Notes: generated from the letters alone by a model not told the origin. DNA of 55,992 nucleotides from Pseudomonadales bacterium (GCA_013043705.1 JABDNS010000049.1:1-55992); one strand, 5' to 3'; positions 39,266-49,629 are shown, counted from the stretch's first letter. Made by a program: numbers and translations.

Positions 39266-40039
39266 ATGAATATTGACCCGAACCAGATTGTAATGTGGAT
39301 CGGCGTTTATTTTCTTCCCTTCGTAAGAATCGGCGCCTTTTTTGCCACCGTTCCAGTGGCGGGAAACCAGCTGGTCCCGTTGCGCATACGCCTGTTACTC
39401 GCGCTTGCTACCACCGCGCTTCTGGTGCCGTCGCTACCCGGCGCTGCACCTGCCGCATCGCTGTCCGCCGAAACTTTTTTATCGCTTGCCCAGCAGTTAA
39501 CCATTGGTATCGCGCTGGGATTTTTCGTACAAATGTTTTTTCATATCTTTGTGCTAGCAGGGCAGATGATTGCTATGCAAATGGGCCTGGGTTTCGCATC
39601 GATGGTTGACCCTACCAATGGTGTATCGGTAGCGGTGGTAAGCCAGTTTTATGTAATTTTTGTGACGCTGCTATTCCTGGCGTTTAACGGGCACCTGGTA
39701 GTGTTCGAAGTTTTGGCGCAGAGTTTTGTATTCATACCGATTGGCGGTTCAGGGCTGTCTGGGGAGGCGATGTATGGTCTGGCCATTGCTGGCAGTTGGA
39801 TGTTTGCCTCGGCGCTATTGCTGGCGCTACCTGCGGTAACCGCAATCCTGATTGTGAACTTTGCATTTGGCGTAATGACCAGGGCGGCGCCACAGCTGAA
39901 TATATTTTCCCTGGGTTTTCCTTTCACGTTGATATTCGGTATCTTTATTCTTTGGGTGGCGCTGGGCGGTTTTATGCCGCAGTACCAGGATCTTAGCGCC
40001 GAAACTTTTCGTATGCTGCGCGCAATGATCGGCACGTAA
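39266..40039 (+). CDS. fliR: Flagellar export protein
   Basis: QMGLGFASMVDP, NGHL, RAAPQLNIFSLGFP. Confidence 0.97.
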   Translation: MNIDPNQIVMWIGVYFLPFVRIGAFFATVPVAGNQLVPLRIRLLLALATTALLVPSLPGAAPAASLSAETFLSLAQQLTIGIALGFFVQMFFHIFVLAGQMIAMQMGLGFASMVDPTNGVSVAVVSQFYVIFVTLLFLAFNGHLVVFEVLAQSFVFIPIGGSGLSGEAMYGLAIAGSWMFASALLLALPAVTAILIVNFAFGVMTRAAPQLNIFSLGFPFTLIFGIFILWVALGGFMPQYQDLSAETFRMLRAMIGT

Positions 40040-40050
40040 TTTTATTTACA

Positions 40051-40950
40051 ATGATAAAAATTCGCGATCTTGAATACCTTCTGGCAATAGCCGAGCATAA
40101 ACATTTTGGCCGGGCGGCGCAGGCTTGTCACGTGAGCCAACCCACGCTGAGCGGCCAAATTATCAAGCTGGAAGAGCAGCTTGGCTTGCAGTTGCTGGAG
40201 CGCCATCGGCGAGGCATCTTGTTGACCCCGGCCGGCGAGACGCTGGTAGCGGATGCACAAAAGGTCCTGGCTGCGGCGGGCGCGTTTGAGCATCATGCAG
40301 CGGCGTTAAAAGACCCGCTGTCTGGTGCTCGACATATTGGTTTAATACCCACGCTCGCGCCGTACTTACTGCCGCACATTATGCGCCCGCTGGTTGCGGC
40401 GCTACCCAAAATCGATTTCTTTCTTTACGAAAAGCGTACAGCGGAATTGCTCGATGGCCTGGATGCCGGTTCGCTGGATATGTTGGTGCTGCCGTGGCTA
40501 GATGAGATGAGTGGCTTTGAGCGATACGATTTATTCGATGAAGAACTGCTGCTGGCGGTGCACCGGGATTCGGATACGGCAAAGCAAGCAAGCGTTTCGC
40601 TAGCCAGCCTGCGCGGCCAGGCGGTGCTGAATCTCGAAGATGGACACTGCCTGCGCGACCAGGCGCTGGATTTTTGCTCGCAGGCGGGCGGCAAAGACGA
40701 TGAGCGCTTTCAGGCTACGAGCCTGGAAACGCTAAGGCATATGGTTGCATCGAACATGGGTATAACGCTGCTACCCAAACTTGCAACGATGCATAGCATC
40801 GCCGCAGATACGCTGGCCTATATTCCTTTTAGCGAACCGGTACCGCATCGTGAAATTGTATTGTTAACAAGGCCAAACTATACGCGGGTCGAATCGGTAG
40901 AAAAAATGGTTGGCGTTATAAAAAAGGCAATGCAGCGCGTTTTGCCTTAG
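40051..40950 (+). CDS. oxyR: H2O2-sensing LysR regulator
   Basis: LysR HTH (IRDLEYL..AEHKHF.RAA..CHVSQPTLS), IPTLAPYLLP, redox pair DGHCLRDQALDFC, ATSLETLRHMV. Confidence 0.93.
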   Translation: MIKIRDLEYLLAIAEHKHFGRAAQACHVSQPTLSGQIIKLEEQLGLQLLERHRRGILLTPAGETLVADAQKVLAAAGAFEHHAAALKDPLSGARHIGLIPTLAPYLLPHIMRPLVAALPKIDFFLYEKRTAELLDGLDAGSLDMLVLPWLDEMSGFERYDLFDEELLLAVHRDSDTAKQASVSLASLRGQAVLNLEDGHCLRDQALDFCSQAGGKDDERFQATSLETLRHMVASNMGITLLPKLATMHSIAADTLAYIPFSEPVPHREIVLLTRPNYTRVESVEKMVGVIKKAMQRVLP

Positions 40951-41735
40951 CTCAGGAATTTGGATTGCAGTTCTTCGCGCATGTCGGCATCCACGCCTAG
41001 CGCGTCAGCCAAAAACGCATCGGTACTACCAAAGTGTGCATCAATAGCATCAAATGCAGCGCCCAGATAGTCTGCGCGGGTATCCAGCATTGGCAGCATG
41101 CGCTCGCTGTAAAGTGAGGCCCAGTCAACGTCGGGCATGCGCGCTTGAAATCGCTTGAGCTCGGTTTCAGGGTGGTAGTACTCGCGGGTTAACAGATAGT
41201 CCTCCATCACCCGGTCTCGCTCTACGTCCAGGCAGCTCAATAACACCGCAGCGGCAAAGCCAGTGCGATCTTTCCCGGCCGAACAATGAAACAGCATCGA
41301 CTCGTCGTCTTGCAGCGCCAACGCTATCTCCAGCACGCGCTGGAACGGCTCTCGATGCTCTAGCACAAACGCGCGGTTAATTCCTACCATAACGTCGGCC
41401 ATGCTATCTGCGCTGTGCTTATCCTGGGTAAGCAGCTCGGTGACAAAACCCGTGTGGCTCCCCACGCCTACCGGCAGCTCTATAATACTAATATCCAGGT
41501 CGGTAGGCGCTATAGTTGGCTCTCGTTTTTTTTCGTCATCCCTTCGAAAATCACAAATCACGCGCAACTTCATTGCACCAAGCTTTTCCCAGTCCTGTTG
41601 GTCCAGATAAGCCAGTGTTCCCGATCGAAACATACGCCCTGTCGCTACGGCTTTGCCATGGCGGTTGGTGTAGCCGCCAAGGTCGCGTAAATTCGGCGTG
41701 CCGTTAAGCGGGATATGCCTATTTTTGAGCGTCAT
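40947..41735 (-). CDS. Tyrosine-protein phosphatase (Y_phosphatase3-like)
   Basis: NLRDLGGY, FRSG, catalytic HCSAGKDRTG, DYLLT. Confidence 0.92.
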   Translation of the reverse strand: MTLKNRHIPLNGTPNLRDLGGYTNRHGKAVATGRMFRSGTLAYLDQQDWEKLGAMKLRVICDFRRDDEKKREPTIAPTDLDISIIELPVGVGSHTGFVTELLTQDKHSADSMADVMVGINRAFVLEHREPFQRVLEIALALQDDESMLFHCSAGKDRTGFAAAVLLSCLDVERDRVMEDYLLTREYYHPETELKRFQARMPDVDWASLYSERMLPMLDTRADYLGAAFDAIDAHFGSTDAFLADALGVDADMREELQSKFLS

Positions 41736-41946
41736 AGTAATAATAGTGTCAACAATCGGTGCGGCGTGCTGATAGTAAGAATAGGCGCCATTATACGCGT
41801 AAGTGCTGTCTAATCGCAGCGTTAGTTATCTTGGCACTACAGCCGGTATTCTCGCTTATACCAGCGTCGTAGAGTCGCGTTATAATATCAATTGAGGTTT
41901 TGGCTGCCCCTTTTGCTGGCGGCCGCGCAAGCGGGAGGGTTGCAAT

Positions 41947-42453
41947 ATGTTCCCTACACAGCATCCATTTAAATTTGCCGCAAGCGCCATCGCGATTTTG
42001 TGTTTCGGGCTCGTGGTTAGCGCGCTATTTTCAAGCCGCGTGGCTGCGGAGGGCGGTAGGGCCGGTGCAGACACCGACATTAACCAGCGTGGCTGGCTGG
42101 AATTCTGGAGCGAGTCCATGAATAAGCGCTATCCCCGGCACGACGAAAACTTTATTGCCGGTAAGCAAATTTACCTGGGGCAAAGCGGCGATGCCAGAAT
42201 CAGGTTTTGTCTGGCCGCAGATGAGCAGGCGCCAAGGATTCCTTTATCGCGTAAATCACTGCGACCCTACCGCAGTATGCCGGTCACCGCATTTGTAAAA
42301 GTGCTCTATGATTGTGATGATGCTAAAACGCATGCGCTGCAGAAACTGTCGCCCGAAGAAGCGGGTTTGGTGGTCTATTATTTGAACCGTCAGTACAAAC
42401 TTCGCCTGAAACAACCGGGCCGGGGTGGCGGTGATCGCTCGCGCAGAAGGTAG
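41947..42453 (+). CDS. Hypothetical exported protein
   Basis: GGAGG RBS, signal peptide ending VAA-E, two Cys in the mature region. Confidence 0.65.
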   Translation: MFPTQHPFKFAASAIAILCFGLVVSALFSSRVAAEGGRAGADTDINQRGWLEFWSESMNKRYPRHDENFIAGKQIYLGQSGDARIRFCLAADEQAPRIPLSRKSLRPYRSMPVTAFVKVLYDCDDAKTHALQKLSPEEAGLVVYYLNRQYKLRLKQPGRGGGDRSRRR

Positions 42454-42462
42454 CCTTACAGC

Positions 42463-42771
42463 GTGAGCGATCAATCAATTCCGAATGGTGCTGCAGCGGC
42501 CTTGCTCGGTGAAACTTCCAGAATAAAATGGAGCGAATTGGCCAGGTTTTTTGCTGCAGGTAAAACGCTCAGGCTTGCGCCCGAGCTGGATTTGGTGGCA
42601 ACTGCTGCGGCGCTGGCAGAAGATAACAAGGCCGTCGTTGCCAGTTTGCTAGAAGCCGGTAACTTGGCACCAGTTAGCGATCATGAAGCGAGCGCGTGGA
42701 TTAAAGATGACGCGCTGGTTTGGGCGGTAGTGGTAGCGCCCTGGGTGTTGGTGCAAATGCGCGATGCGTAG
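42463..42771 (+). CDS. DUF2288 family protein
   Basis: ET..I.W.EL.RFFA.G, LDLV..A, WAVVVAPWVLVQ. Confidence 0.88.
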   Translation: MSDQSIPNGAAAALLGETSRIKWSELARFFAAGKTLRLAPELDLVATAAALAEDNKAVVASLLEAGNLAPVSDHEASAWIKDDALVWAVVVAPWVLVQMRDA

Positions 42772-42855
42772 ACAAGCATCAGCGCCTAAATGAAGTACAA
42801 CTAGTCTAGCGCTAAGACGCAAACATTTATCTAAATTATTTCTTTGGAGCTTGCT

Positions 42856-43242
42856 ATGGAACAAGTCGCGTTTGTCACTTTACTGATGGGCATTCAATGC
42901 ATTTATTTTTCGTTGAAAGTTGGCAAGGCCAGGGGTACTTATAACATCCCGGCACCTGCGGTAAGTGGCCACGAAATCTTCGATCGCATAAATAGAGTCC
43001 ACCAGAATACGCTGGAACAAATGATGGTTACCTTGCCGGCCATGTGGATTTGTGGCTTTTTCCTCGACTGGAGTTTTGCGGCGTTGTTAGGTGCGGTATT
43101 TGTGGTTGGCAGGCTTGTCTATTCTGCGGGTTACGTGCAGGCACCCGAGAAGCGCGCCAAAGGTACTATTATCGGGTTTTTGGCCACGGTAGTAATGATT
43201 ATTGGTGGTATGTGGGGTGTGTTAAGTGCCTGGCTTTTCTAG
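42856..43242 (+). CDS. MAPEG family membrane protein
   Basis: VGKAR...IPAPAVSG...[17 protein letters not shown]...PEKR..G. Confidence 0.9.
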   Translation: MEQVAFVTLLMGIQCIYFSLKVGKARGTYNIPAPAVSGHEIFDRINRVHQNTLEQMMVTLPAMWICGFFLDWSFAALLGAVFVVGRLVYSAGYVQAPEKRAKGTIIGFLATVVMIIGGMWGVLSAWLF

Positions 43243-43413
43243 CGCTACGCGCCTCGATTTGTTATCTATTGGCTAATCGAATGGCTAACTAGTTGTTTTA
43301 GCGCGGTTTTTTCTAAGGGTGATTCTCTCTGCATTGAGAATTGCCTCACATTGGTCACTGCTAAGCTTTAGTGTGTAAACACATTCAAAGCTAAATCAAC
43401 CATCGGTAGTGGC

Positions 43414-45741
43414 ATGCTGTTCAAGTCCCTTCGCGAGCGTATACTCGTTTTTTTTTCGCTGCTAATCATCGTTCTGCAGCTGGTCTCATTCTCAGTACTT
43501 AATTCAACCGCCCGGGATTCGGAAGCCAGGCGCGTGGATGCTCAGCGCGCCGCACAAGAGCGCGTTGTTGCCGACATTATTGAATCACGCTATGTGCTAT
43601 TGGAATCCTCATTACTATCAATTGCTGCAACATGGCAAAACCAGCCGCTGCTGCAAACCAGTACTGCAAATCCTGCTGCCAGCTTCACTGCAAATAACCT
43701 GCCTGGCTTAAGCTGGAATAAGCCTAATGCTGTGTATTTAGCTCACGGAAACACGCAGCAATCAGCTTTGCTATGGCCAGCCGAGGCTAATCAAGCAGAA
43801 AGCAATATTTTGACAACAATAAGCGAGTTAGGCGCAGCTGCTACAAGCGAGCATCCGGTACGTGACGCCTTTGTATATGCAAATCAATATTACCTTGCGG
43901 TGTCATTGCCCGCGGCGTTAGGAGAGGACGCGAATCCTGCGACGCTAACGCTAGTTGCATCGTTAAATGATCTGGTTTCTTCAGCGGTGCTAAACACGCT
44001 GGGCCTGGAATTGCGCGCCAATATAGGCAGCGCCGCGCCAAGCGGTGCGGTTCTTTTGCAAAAGGAAAAATTGCCGCAGGCATTACTCGGCGATGTGCCG
44101 TTGCTGCTGTTAGGCAATAGCAGCGCTAGTGTTAGCGACGTCGATCGCCAAAAAAGCGTGCTGATGTTATTGATGGCAGCCGCACTGCTACTTACGCTAT
44201 TGGGTGGTTACGCACTGGCCGACGAATTAACTCGGCCGCTCAAGGATTTAACCCGCGCCGCAGCACAGATTAAATCCGGCGATTACAATTTACCGGCGAA
44301 GCAATACCGGCAGGATGAAATAGGTCAGTTGGCAAGCACTCTGTCACATATGTGCGAAACCATTGCCGAGCGAGAGCAGAAGATCATTGGGCTAGCGTAT
44401 GCAGATTCGCTAACTTGCCTGCCCAATCGCGCGCTTTTTGACGATCGGCTAAATAACGCGGTGAGTCAAGGCATTCGGCATGGTGGCAATTTCTCAATCG
44501 CAATTATGGACCTGGATCGTTTCAAGTACATCAACGATGTACTCGGCCACGAGGCGGGCGACTACGTGCTTTGCGAGGTTGCTCGTCGGCTCGAGAGTGT
44601 TTTGCGAGAGTCTGATACCGTTGCCAGGCTCGGTGGAGATGAATTCGCAATTTTGCTATCGGGTGGTAGCGAATACCAGGTGCAGGCAGCGGTTAACAAG
44701 ATTCTCGATATTTTTGACGAGCCAGTAAACCTCAATGGGCAGCCGCTCGATGTGGCTTGTAGTATTGGTATCGCGCATTTTCCGCAGCATGGCGAAGATG
44801 CCAGCCTGTTACTGCGTCGTGCCGACATGGCCATGTATGCTGCCAAGCGTTTTAACGCAGGCTTTTCCTACTACACGCCTGAGTGTGACCAGCACCAGGA
44901 GCAGCACCTGTCACTACTAGGAGATATCAAGCGTGCGGTTGAAGAAGATGAGCTTCAATTGCATTACCAGCCAAAAATATCTTTAGACAACAATGAGCAT
45001 ATTGCGGTTGAAACCTTATTGCGTTGGCAGCACCCACATCGCGGTTTAATTCCACCCCAGGAGTTTATTCCTTTCGCAGAGCACACCGGCGCCATCAAAC
45101 TTATTACGCGCTGGTTGCTTGTGCACGCAATGCGCCAATGTGGCCGCTGGCACTCACAGGGGCTGAATATCCAGATGTCGCTGAATATATCAGCGCGCGA
45201 TTTAATCGACCCCGAGTTTCCAACACATGTGAGCAACGCACTAGAAGAGAACAATGTAAAGCCTGAGCTTATTTGCCTGGAAATTACCGAGAGCGCACTT
45301 ATGCAAGACCCTGCTAAAGCGCGCCGCACTATCGATGTACTAAGCACGATGGGTATAAAAATGTCGATCGACGATTACGGCACCGGTTATAGCTCGTTGG
45401 CTTATGTGAAAAACCTCAGTGTGAACGAACTGAAAATCGATCGGGAATTTGTCAGCAATATGATGCACAACGCTGAGGATAGTGCGATCGTCAAGTCCAC
45501 CATCGAGCTCGGCCATAATCTGGGCATGCGTGTTGTAGCGGAGGGCATCGAGCACGAGAATGAAATGGAGTTGCTCAAGGACTTTGGCTGTGACCAGGGC
45601 CAGGGCTTCCTGATTAGTCACGCGCTTACCGCGAATGAGCTGGAGGCCTGGTATCGTAATCGCGCTGAAAGTGAGCAACCTGTCGATGGCGAGGTTTCAA
45701 ATACCAGCGAAGACCAGGCACGAATCGATAAGTCTGCCTGA
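43414..45741 (+). CDS. Membrane HAMP-GGDEF-EAL c-di-GMP enzyme
   Basis: Two TM helices, HAMP (DEIGQLA), DLDRFK.IND..GH, RESD I-site, GGDEF, ETLLRW (EAL variant), DDYGTGYSSL, VAEGIE. Confidence 0.94.
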   Translation: MLFKSLRERILVFFSLLIIVLQLVSFSVLNSTARDSEARRVDAQRAAQERVVADIIESRYVLLESSLLSIAATWQNQPLLQTSTANPAASFTANNLPGLSWNKPNAVYLAHGNTQQSALLWPAEANQAESNILTTISELGAAATSEHPVRDAFVYANQYYLAVSLPAALGEDANPATLTLVASLNDLVSSAVLNTLGLELRANIGSAAPSGAVLLQKEKLPQALLGDVPLLLLGNSSASVSDVDRQKSVLMLLMAAALLLTLLGGYALADELTRPLKDLTRAAAQIKSGDYNLPAKQYRQDEIGQLASTLSHMCETIAEREQKIIGLAYADSLTCLPNRALFDDRLNNAVSQGIRHGGNFSIAIMDLDRFKYINDVLGHEAGDYVLCEVARRLESVLRESDTVARLGGDEFAILLSGGSEYQVQAAVNKILDIFDEPVNLNGQPLDVACSIGIAHFPQHGEDASLLLRRADMAMYAAKRFNAGFSYYTPECDQHQEQHLSLLGDIKRAVEEDELQLHYQPKISLDNNEHIAVETLLRWQHPHRGLIPPQEFIPFAEHTGAIKLITRWLLVHAMRQCGRWHSQGLNIQMSLNISARDLIDPEFPTHVSNALEENNVKPELICLEITESALMQDPAKARRTIDVLSTMGIKMSIDDYGTGYSSLAYVKNLSVNELKIDREFVSNMMHNAEDSAIVKSTIELGHNLGMRVVAEGIEHENEMELLKDFGCDQGQGFLISHALTANELEAWYRNRAESEQPVDGEVSNTSEDQARIDKSA

Positions 45742-46040
45742 TCATTATTTGGCTCAGGTGGCTGGGTCTTTGCCGCTGGGCGAGTTATAAAAACGCGGTA
45801 CCGCTGGACCTTCACTACAGGGCTTGTTATCCACAGTCTGTAAAGCAGCGGCTACTGCGGTTATTACGCATCCAGGCAGTGCACAGATCGCATTTCGCCT
45901 GTTGCCTGCATCCCATTTTCTTCGCTCGCTTCGTAGCCAGGCTGTCTGGCGCGGCGACTTCCGTTTCCATTAATTATACTGAAAGGATATAGGGTCAAGA
46001 TCGCTCACGCTAAGCCGCCAGCCGGCTTGGAGCCGTTCTA

Positions 46041-47447
46041 ATGTCATTTGGTTTAAAGCAGAGCAGTTATGAGGCGGTTCTTTATGTGAATCGCAGCAAA
46101 GTGCTAAAGGAAATGCTCTACAGCGAGTTTGAAGCTGTGCTTGACCAGGTGGTTAGCGAGCCAGCATACCTGGATGAAACCTGCCACGCGGTTTACCTGA
46201 AAATTGATATCCGCTTGAATATCGTAGCGGCAGTTTTTTTCTGCATTGACTTCGACAAGCAAGGCAATGCCGATCGCCGCTGGAACCTCCCGCTATTGCA
46301 AATGGCAGAATCTGCTTCGGTGGCCACCGAGCTCAACGGCCAGGGCGTGCGCATTAGTTGCCGGAGTCGCTGCGCCGTAGTGTCCCAGCAGGAGCACTTG
46401 TGGGAGCCTGATCTTAGCGCGCAGAGCACAATGTTGGCGATGCTGGCATCCAGCGTTAAAGCAAATCGTTTAGGCTTGTTGGTTGAGGAGGGTGCTACTG
46501 ATAGCGTAGTTCCGGGCACACCAAATACGCCAGGCGCAGCCCGCGCGGTTGCCGGAGCGCAGCATGCAACTGGCGATGCTTACGAACAGGCAGTAGCCAG
46601 CCAGCAGCGGCACGATGGCGAGATTAAGCGTCTCAACGAAAACATACAGAAGCAGCGTTTATATATCGCTAGCCTGAAAGGGCGCCAGGAAGAAGCAGCA
46701 CAAAATCTCAGCTCACAGTTTGCTCGTGAAAAAGAAGCCTTACTTTTGCAACTCGAAGAAGTTTGCTGCACGCTGAGGCAGGCGCAAGAACGCAATGAAG
46801 TGCTCAGCAATGAGTTGAGTGAAGCCCGCCAGCAAATTTCAGTTCAAGCCGACGACTTTGAGCGCCAGGTATCGGCAAACGTAAATAAGCAAGGCGTTGA
46901 CTTTAGCGCGTTGCAAAAGCAGTTCAAGCGCGAGCTGCAACAAAAATTAATTGAACAGACCAGCGAGTTGAAGGCAAAGCTCGATATGCGCGACGTAGAA
47001 GCGCACTATCGTGATGAGCAAATAAAACACTTGAAAGCACAGCTTCTGGAAAGCGCTTCGAGCGCAGCAGTGCATAATACAGGCATGGGCGCGGCTGCCT
47101 CCGCGGCTCCGCTGCGCGATGCGGTTATAGAACTTGAGTCAAAGGGCGTCAATTTTGTGTTGACCCTGCCAGCGGTTCGACCAATCAATATTCCCGCTGC
47201 CGATGTAGATTCTTTTTGTGTTGACCCGGATGGTTTTGTTGCAGCCCGCCTGGGTATGGATAAAGCCGTCTACCAAAGCTGGATTGCGCACGCTAGAAAC
47301 CCGGTTTGTGTAGCCGTCGAAAGCGAGGGGTGCCGCTGTGGTGCCAGGTTAGAGATTGTCCATCCGCGGCAGTTTGTGCCCGACTTCAGCGATCGCTGTG
47401 ATAGCCATCAAGGCAGTAGTTCTTGTTCTAGCAAGGCCGGAGGTTAG
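46041..47447 (+). CDS. Hypothetical coiled-coil protein with Cys/His clusters
   Basis: 468-aa ORF with central heptad-rich region, N-domain KEMLYSEFEAVLD and C-terminal C..CG..C..H. Confidence 0.75.
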   Translation: MSFGLKQSSYEAVLYVNRSKVLKEMLYSEFEAVLDQVVSEPAYLDETCHAVYLKIDIRLNIVAAVFFCIDFDKQGNADRRWNLPLLQMAESASVATELNGQGVRISCRSRCAVVSQQEHLWEPDLSAQSTMLAMLASSVKANRLGLLVEEGATDSVVPGTPNTPGAARAVAGAQHATGDAYEQAVASQQRHDGEIKRLNENIQKQRLYIASLKGRQEEAAQNLSSQFAREKEALLLQLEEVCCTLRQAQERNEVLSNELSEARQQISVQADDFERQVSANVNKQGVDFSALQKQFKRELQQKLIEQTSELKAKLDMRDVEAHYRDEQIKHLKAQLLESASSAAVHNTGMGAAASAAPLRDAVIELESKGVNFVLTLPAVRPINIPAADVDSFCVDPDGFVAARLGMDKAVYQSWIAHARNPVCVAVESEGCRCGARLEIVHPRQFVPDFSDRCDSHQGSSSCSSKAGG

Positions 47448-47455
47448 CCAATATT

Positions 47456-48547
47456 ATGAGTCGCGATACAAGTGCGAATGAGCAACAGGACTGGAGCCAT
47501 TTACTGGGTGCGGGCACTCAACCGCCGAAAGAAATCCTGGCCAATTTCGTGCCAATGACCGATCTCTCATCTACCCATTTGGGTAGTCTAGCTAGAATTT
47601 CAAAGTTGGTAACCTTGCATGGCTCACAATACCTCGGTGACCAGGACCTGCTGGATCAATACTACGTCTATCTCGTTAACGGCGACCTGGTCGCGACCTT
47701 TTGTGTAACCGGGCAGCGCGTTGTCTACTCCGCAGCAAATTTTGGCATGCTTTCGATCGGCGATTTTATCGAAAACGTCCGTGAGCTAAGCGCAGCGTCC
47801 GATGCCCAGATTCTGGTGGTCGACCGCGACGAGCTCGATTCAATGCTTTGTTGGGACCAGGTCGCCAAGTCCCTTTCGTTGGAACTCAGTGCAGAACGCG
47901 AGTTAGATGAAGATCGCGACTGGTTAAACACATTGCTGACGTCAAATTTATTTCACCGCATACCGCCTTATAACATTCGCCAGGTTGTCGATAAGTTCAG
48001 TGCGCGTGTCGTACAAAGCGGTGAGGTTATTATTCGCGAGGGTGATGAGGGCGAAGAGTGCTTCATCATAAAAGAGGGGCGCGCCTCGGTAACTAGCATG
48101 CCACCTGGCGCAAGCCAACCGGCTGTATTAGCGCAGCTAGGCGCCGGCCAATGCTTTGGTGAAGAGGCCTTGGCCTGTCGAGCAAGGCGCAATGCCAGTG
48201 TGACCATGGAAACTAATGGCGTGCTAATGGCGCTGAACAAAGCCGATTTTAATTCACTGATGCAAGAGCCTGTTGTAGAAGCACTCGAAGAGGGAGAGGC
48301 CGCTGCGCTGGTGTCTTCCGGCCAGGCTACCTGGCTGGATGTGCGATCCCAGCAAGAGTACGATCACGATCATCGCGCCAATGCTTTTCACTTGCCGCTG
48401 CACCTTATGTCCATCAAGACGCGACTAATGAATAACAAGTTCAAGTACCTTGCCTATTGCTCCACCGGGCGTCGCGCGGCTACGGCCGCCAGGCTTCTGA
48501 AACAACAGGGTTTTGACGTTGTAGCTGTTGCTGCGCCAGACTATTAG
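47456..48547 (+). CDS. Cyclic nucleotide-binding protein with C-terminal rhodanese domain
   Basis: IIREGDEG..FIIKEG, FGEEAL...RRNASV; LDVRS..EY...H, YCSTGRRA. Confidence 0.88.
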   Translation: MSRDTSANEQQDWSHLLGAGTQPPKEILANFVPMTDLSSTHLGSLARISKLVTLHGSQYLGDQDLLDQYYVYLVNGDLVATFCVTGQRVVYSAANFGMLSIGDFIENVRELSAASDAQILVVDRDELDSMLCWDQVAKSLSLELSAERELDEDRDWLNTLLTSNLFHRIPPYNIRQVVDKFSARVVQSGEVIIREGDEGEECFIIKEGRASVTSMPPGASQPAVLAQLGAGQCFGEEALACRARRNASVTMETNGVLMALNKADFNSLMQEPVVEALEEGEAAALVSSGQATWLDVRSQQEYDHDHRANAFHLPLHLMSIKTRLMNNKFKYLAYCSTGRRAATAARLLKQQGFDVVAVAAPDY

Positions 48548-48678
48548 CACCAGTGCGCTACCTGGCTCACTAGCTGAATTTTCCGCAAGCATTTTCCCCG
48601 CCAGCGGCTATGGCTGATGTGGCCATCGTGCTACTATCTGCGTTGCCCAGCTTTTGACGCAAAGTGCTTGTTTTAACT

Positions 48679-49566
48679 ATGAAATCCCATTTTCGAAATA
48701 TCGGTCTCATCGGCCGCGTCGACAGCGAAGCGGTTGTCGCTTCAATTCGACAGCTGGTCGAATTGCTGGATTCGCGACACCTGAAAGTTATCCTGGAAGA
48801 ACAGACTTCGCGCGCCCTGGGTGGGCATTCTTTGCAGGTTGCGAGCCGCAAATCCATAGGTGAGGCTTGTGATTTGGTTATTGTTGTTGGCGGTGACGGT
48901 AGCCTGCTGGGTGCGGCGCGCGACCTCGCCCGGCATGACGTGCCGGTGTTGGGTATTAACCGTGGCAAGTTAGGGTTCCTAACCGATATCGCCGCCGATA
49001 ACGTTGCCGATGGCGTTGGCAAAGTGCTCGACGGAGAGTACCGGGAAGAAGAGCGTTTTTTGCTTGATATGCAATTGAAGCGCGATGGTGCAGTTATAGA
49101 AAGCTCGCTCGCGTTTAATGACGTGGTTCTGCACAGCGGCCAGGCGCCGAAGATGTTGAGCTTCGAATTGCATATTGAAGGAGAGTTTGTCTACTCGCAA
49201 CGATCCGATGGTTTAATTGTAGCGTCGCCAACCGGGTCCACTGCGTATTCATTGTCGGGTGGTGGCCCCATTATGCATCCGCGCCTGAATGCCATCGTGT
49301 TGGTGCCCATGTTCCCGCATACGCTGAGCAGTCGTCCTTTGGTAATCGATGGCAATAGCGAAATTAAAGTCATTATCGCCGATACCAATCCTGAAAACCC
49401 CAGGGTTAGCTGCGATGGACAGGTAAACGTTAGCGCCCGGCCCGGCGATGTGATTTATATCAACAAAAGTGCAAAACGAATTAACCTGCTGCATCCGCAG
49501 GGGCACGTATTTTATGCAACGTGTCGCAACAAGCTTGGTTGGGGCTCGCAGTTTATTGGCAATTAA
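48679..49566 (+). CDS. nadK: NAD+ kinase
   Basis: GGDGSLL, GINRG.LGFLTD, ND, DGLIVASPTGSTAYSLSGGGP, KLGW. Confidence 0.97.
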   Translation: MKSHFRNIGLIGRVDSEAVVASIRQLVELLDSRHLKVILEEQTSRALGGHSLQVASRKSIGEACDLVIVVGGDGSLLGAARDLARHDVPVLGINRGKLGFLTDIAADNVADGVGKVLDGEYREEERFLLDMQLKRDGAVIESSLAFNDVVLHSGQAPKMLSFELHIEGEFVYSQRSDGLIVASPTGSTAYSLSGGGPIMHPRLNAIVLVPMFPHTLSSRPLVIDGNSEIKVIIADTNPENPRVSCDGQVNVSARPGDVIYINKSAKRINLLHPQGHVFYATCRNKLGWGSQFIGN

Positions 49567-49597
49567 ACTTACCATGTTTGCTCGATACCGGCGCCCT

Positions 49598-49627
49598 GTA
49601 CTAGCTAGCAGTACTAGCGAGCAGTAC
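49598..49627. repeat. 13-bp tandem repeat (about 2.3 copies)
   Basis: GTACTAGCTAGCA GTACTAGCGAGCA GTAC immediately before the rhomboid ATG. Confidence 0.7.
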
Positions 49628-49629
49628 CG

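Noticed and set aside
43414-45741. ETL instead of EAL as a sign of an inactive phosphodiesterase
   Set aside because: The Glu and the other catalytic motifs (N, E, DD, K, E) are retained; ExL variation is common.
45827-45835. Perfect DnaA box TTATCCACA
   Set aside because: Single box with no cluster or origin-associated genes.
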